A stretch of 64,000 bases of DNA, taken from an uncultured delta proteobacterium. Its GTDB lineage: Bacteria > Myxococcota_A > Polyangia > Haliangiales > Haliangiaceae. This document shows, piece by piece, positions 61,872 to 64,000 of the stretch. The position numbers were made by a program, and so were the translations under genes. The number at the start of each line of letters is the position of its first letter. Position 1 is the first letter of the stretch. The stretch spans positions 448,001 to 512,000 of the forward strand of contig CAWKDB010000002.1 in the NCBI GenBank assembly GCA_963848295.1, given 5' to 3'. Below the pieces are notes generated by a model that was not told where the DNA came from, did not search any database, and saw nothing but the letters and a program-made list of their open reading frames with translations.

Positions 61872-62477
61872 GTGGGCCTGCGCAGCTTGTTCGAATCCGC
61901 GACCGGCGGGGGGCCGTTTCGTCGCCGCGATTACACCAAGCGGCTCGCGTACCAGGACAATTACCGGCAGCTCGCCGGGGCGCTGTGCGAGATCCTCGAC
62001 TTCGCCACGCACCTCGACGTCGGTTGCGGCCAAGGCCTGTTGCTCGGCCCGTTGCTCGAGCGCGGCAAAGACGTGTCGGGTATCGAGGGATCTGCGGCCG
62101 CGCGCGAGTTCATGCCGGCGGCGCTGCGCGACCGCATCCGGACCGCGAACATCACCGAGCTCGCGGTCGAGCGGCGTTACGATCTCGTCTCGTGCGTCGA
62201 AGTGCTCGAGCATATCCCCGAAGCCCAGGCCGATCGCGCGGTCGGCTTTCTCGCCGGCTCCGCCGAGCGCTGGATCTATTTCAGCGCCGCGATCCCGCGC
62301 CAACCCGGCGTCGGGCACATCAACTGCCAGCCGTCGCTCTACTGGATGCTCGCGTTCGAGCGCCACGGCTGGCAGCTCGATCTCGCCCGCTCCGGCAACT
62401 TGCACGCCGCGCTGCGCGGCATGAGCCCGTGCTGGTGGCTGCCGCAAAACGCGCTGATCTTCGCGCGCGCTCGGTAG
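61872..62477 (+). CDS. Class I SAM-dependent methyltransferase (polysaccharide-associated type)
   Basis: LDVGCGQG, YDLVSCVEVLEHI, FSAAIPRQPGVGHINCQ. Confidence 0.88.
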   Translation: MGLRSLFESATGGGPFRRRDYTKRLAYQDNYRQLAGALCEILDFATHLDVGCGQGLLLGPLLERGKDVSGIEGSAAAREFMPAALRDRIRTANITELAVERRYDLVSCVEVLEHIPEAQADRAVGFLAGSAERWIYFSAAIPRQPGVGHINCQPSLYWMLAFERHGWQLDLARSGNLHAALRGMSPCWWLPQNALIFARAR

Positions 62478-62550
62478 CGTCGGTTCGGCGGGGACCGCGA
62501 GCATGGTTTGGGACTTATCACGACTGCCCGCCCGAGCGCACCTGCCACGA

Positions 62551-63585
62551 TCAGCCGGGGTCGGCAGAGTCGCGGCGGAGTGAGGCGACCTGGTCGGGCG
62601 ACCCCAGCACCACGAGGGTCATGCCCGGCTCGAGCCGCTCGTCGGCGTCGGGATTGTAGATCCAGGTCGCGGCGTCGCGACCGCGCAGCGCGAGCACGGT
62701 CATCCCGAACCGCTCGCGGATCTTGGCGTCGCGCAGGGTGTCGCCGAGGCCCTTCTCGCCCAGCGTGATCTCCTCGATCCGGAACACCGCCCCCCGGTCG
62801 CGCAGCATGTCGTCGAGAAACCGCACGACCGCGGGCCTCAAAAGCTCCGACACCATCCGCATGCCGCCGATGAAGTTCGGTGACACCACCGCGTCGGCGC
62901 CCGACCGCTTGATCTTGTCGACGTGCGAGAGCTCGGCGCAGCGCGCGACGATCCGCGCGTTCGGGTTCGACTGCCGCCCCGACACCGTCAAGTACAAGTT
63001 GTCCTTGTCCGACGACAGCGCCGCGACGAGCCCGCGCGCGGCGCCGAGGTGGGCCTGGTCCATGATGTCGTCGTTCGTCGCGTCGCCGACGATGAAGGCG
63101 AACGGCGCTTTCGGATGCCTGTCGGCGATGTCGCGGAGCTCGGACTCGCGCGTATCGATCGCGATCACCGGCACGCCGGTGGTCAGCAATTCCTCGATGA
63201 CGTTGCGCCCGGTCGAACCGGCGCCACACACGATCACGTGATCCTTCATGCGTTTCATCCGTTTCTTGAGCTTGGACGCGAACAGGACGTTGCGAAGATC
63301 GCCTTCGATGATGAAGGCGGTGATGTTCGACGCGAAGAACACGATCGTGCCGGTACCGAACACGAGCAGCGCGACGGTGAACGCGCGCGCGCCCTCGGTC
63401 TTGTCCATCCCGTGCAGCACTTCGTCGTAACCCACGGTGGTGATCGTGATGACCGTCATGTACAGGCAGTCGCCGAACGACCACTTGCCGTCCCCGATCA
63501 GGTAGTAACCGACGCCACCGCCGAACACGATGAACGCGATCGCGAGCAGCCCGTAGAACAGGCGCCTGAATACCGGCGAGGACAT
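62551..63585 (-). CDS. Potassium channel protein (2TM pore, RCK/TrkA-N, TrkA-C)
   Basis: LYMTVITITTVGYD pore motif; HVIVCGAGSTG; GDAT; DKDN; GADAVVSPNFIGGMRM; YNP. Confidence 0.92.
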   Translation of the reverse strand: MSSPVFRRLFYGLLAIAFIVFGGGVGYYLIGDGKWSFGDCLYMTVITITTVGYDEVLHGMDKTEGARAFTVALLVFGTGTIVFFASNITAFIIEGDLRNVLFASKLKKRMKRMKDHVIVCGAGSTGRNVIEELLTTGVPVIAIDTRESELRDIADRHPKAPFAFIVGDATNDDIMDQAHLGAARGLVAALSSDKDNLYLTVSGRQSNPNARIVARCAELSHVDKIKRSGADAVVSPNFIGGMRMVSELLRPAVVRFLDDMLRDRGAVFRIEEITLGEKGLGDTLRDAKIRERFGMTVLALRGRDAATWIYNPDADERLEPGMTLVVLGSPDQVASLRRDSADPG

Positions 63586-63627
63586 CAGCAAGCGACCGAC
63601 GATAACAAATCTGGTAAGACCCTGCGC

Positions 63628-64000
63628 ATGCAGCAGCTCGCGAGCTTCCTGTCGGGTGGGTGGTCGGCGGGATCGGGCGCGCGCCTCCCGCTCGTCAACC
63701 CGGCGACCGAAGAGGTCATCGCGGAGGTCGCGCAGGGCGGCCACGACCTCGCCGGCGCGTTCGCGTACGCGCGCACCGCCGGTGACCGCGAGCTCGCGCA
63801 GATGACGTTCGCCCAGCGCGGTGCGCTGCTCGCCGCCCTCGCGAAGGCGATGCACGGCGCGCGCGAGGAGCTGATCGCGCTCGCGGTCGCGAACGGCGGC
63901 AACACGCGCGGCGACGCGAAGTTCGACATCGACGGCGGCGCGGCGACGCTGGGTCACTATGCCGACCTCGGCGCGAGGCTCGGCGAACGGACGATCCTCG
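63628..64000 (+). CDS. Aldehyde dehydrogenase, PaaZ/BoxD-like N-terminus (runs off the window end)
   Basis: Read manually: MQQLASFLSGGWSAGSG...LVNPATEE...MTFAQRGALL...GNTRGDAKFDIDGG. Confidence 0.8.
   Translation, partial: MQQLASFLSGGWSAGSGARLPLVNPATEEVIAEVAQGGHDLAGAFAYARTAGDRELAQMTFAQRGALLAALAKAMHGAREELIALAVANGGNTRGDAKFDIDGGAATLGHYADLGARLGERTIL

Overview
Very GC-rich bacterial DNA. Gene content (giant AgmK-like TPR protein, DUF4157 protein, Cys-rich lipoproteins) points to Myxococcota, possibly Kofleriaceae/Haliangiales (inference). Most of the window is core housekeeping: rimP-nusA-ylxR-infB with a leader terminator, queA-tgt-yajC-secD-secF, recJ, asd, a RecQ-family helicase, pyrF-rlmB, an LpoA-like lipoprotein, dnaE, an MdlAB-type ABC exporter pair, a small polysaccharide cluster and a K+ channel. 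The best candidate for an undescribed system is at 30042-37308. A ~2134-aa protein has two DUF4157 (eCIS core) domains, a hydrophobic toxin-like segment, and a C-terminus that appears to hold two complementary GGDEF/Cas10-like Palm domains. One is degenerate but keeps a K-x-x-N-D motif; the other has DxxDMG and GGDE motifs. Two translationally coupled small genes follow, giving a polymorphic toxin/immunity layout with a possible nucleotide-cyclase warhead. Other notable items: a spacerless 16-copy 37-bp palindromic tandem array, a probable CTG start for ylxR, a CcmE paralog lacking its heme ligand, a kinase-REC-REC-GGDEF hybrid with altered signature residues, and RecQ fused to a UvrD/PcrA-type Tudor tail. 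Clustered frameshifts in the giant TPR gene and one in dnaE look like sequencing errors. All calls come from motif reading by eye; no database searches were run.
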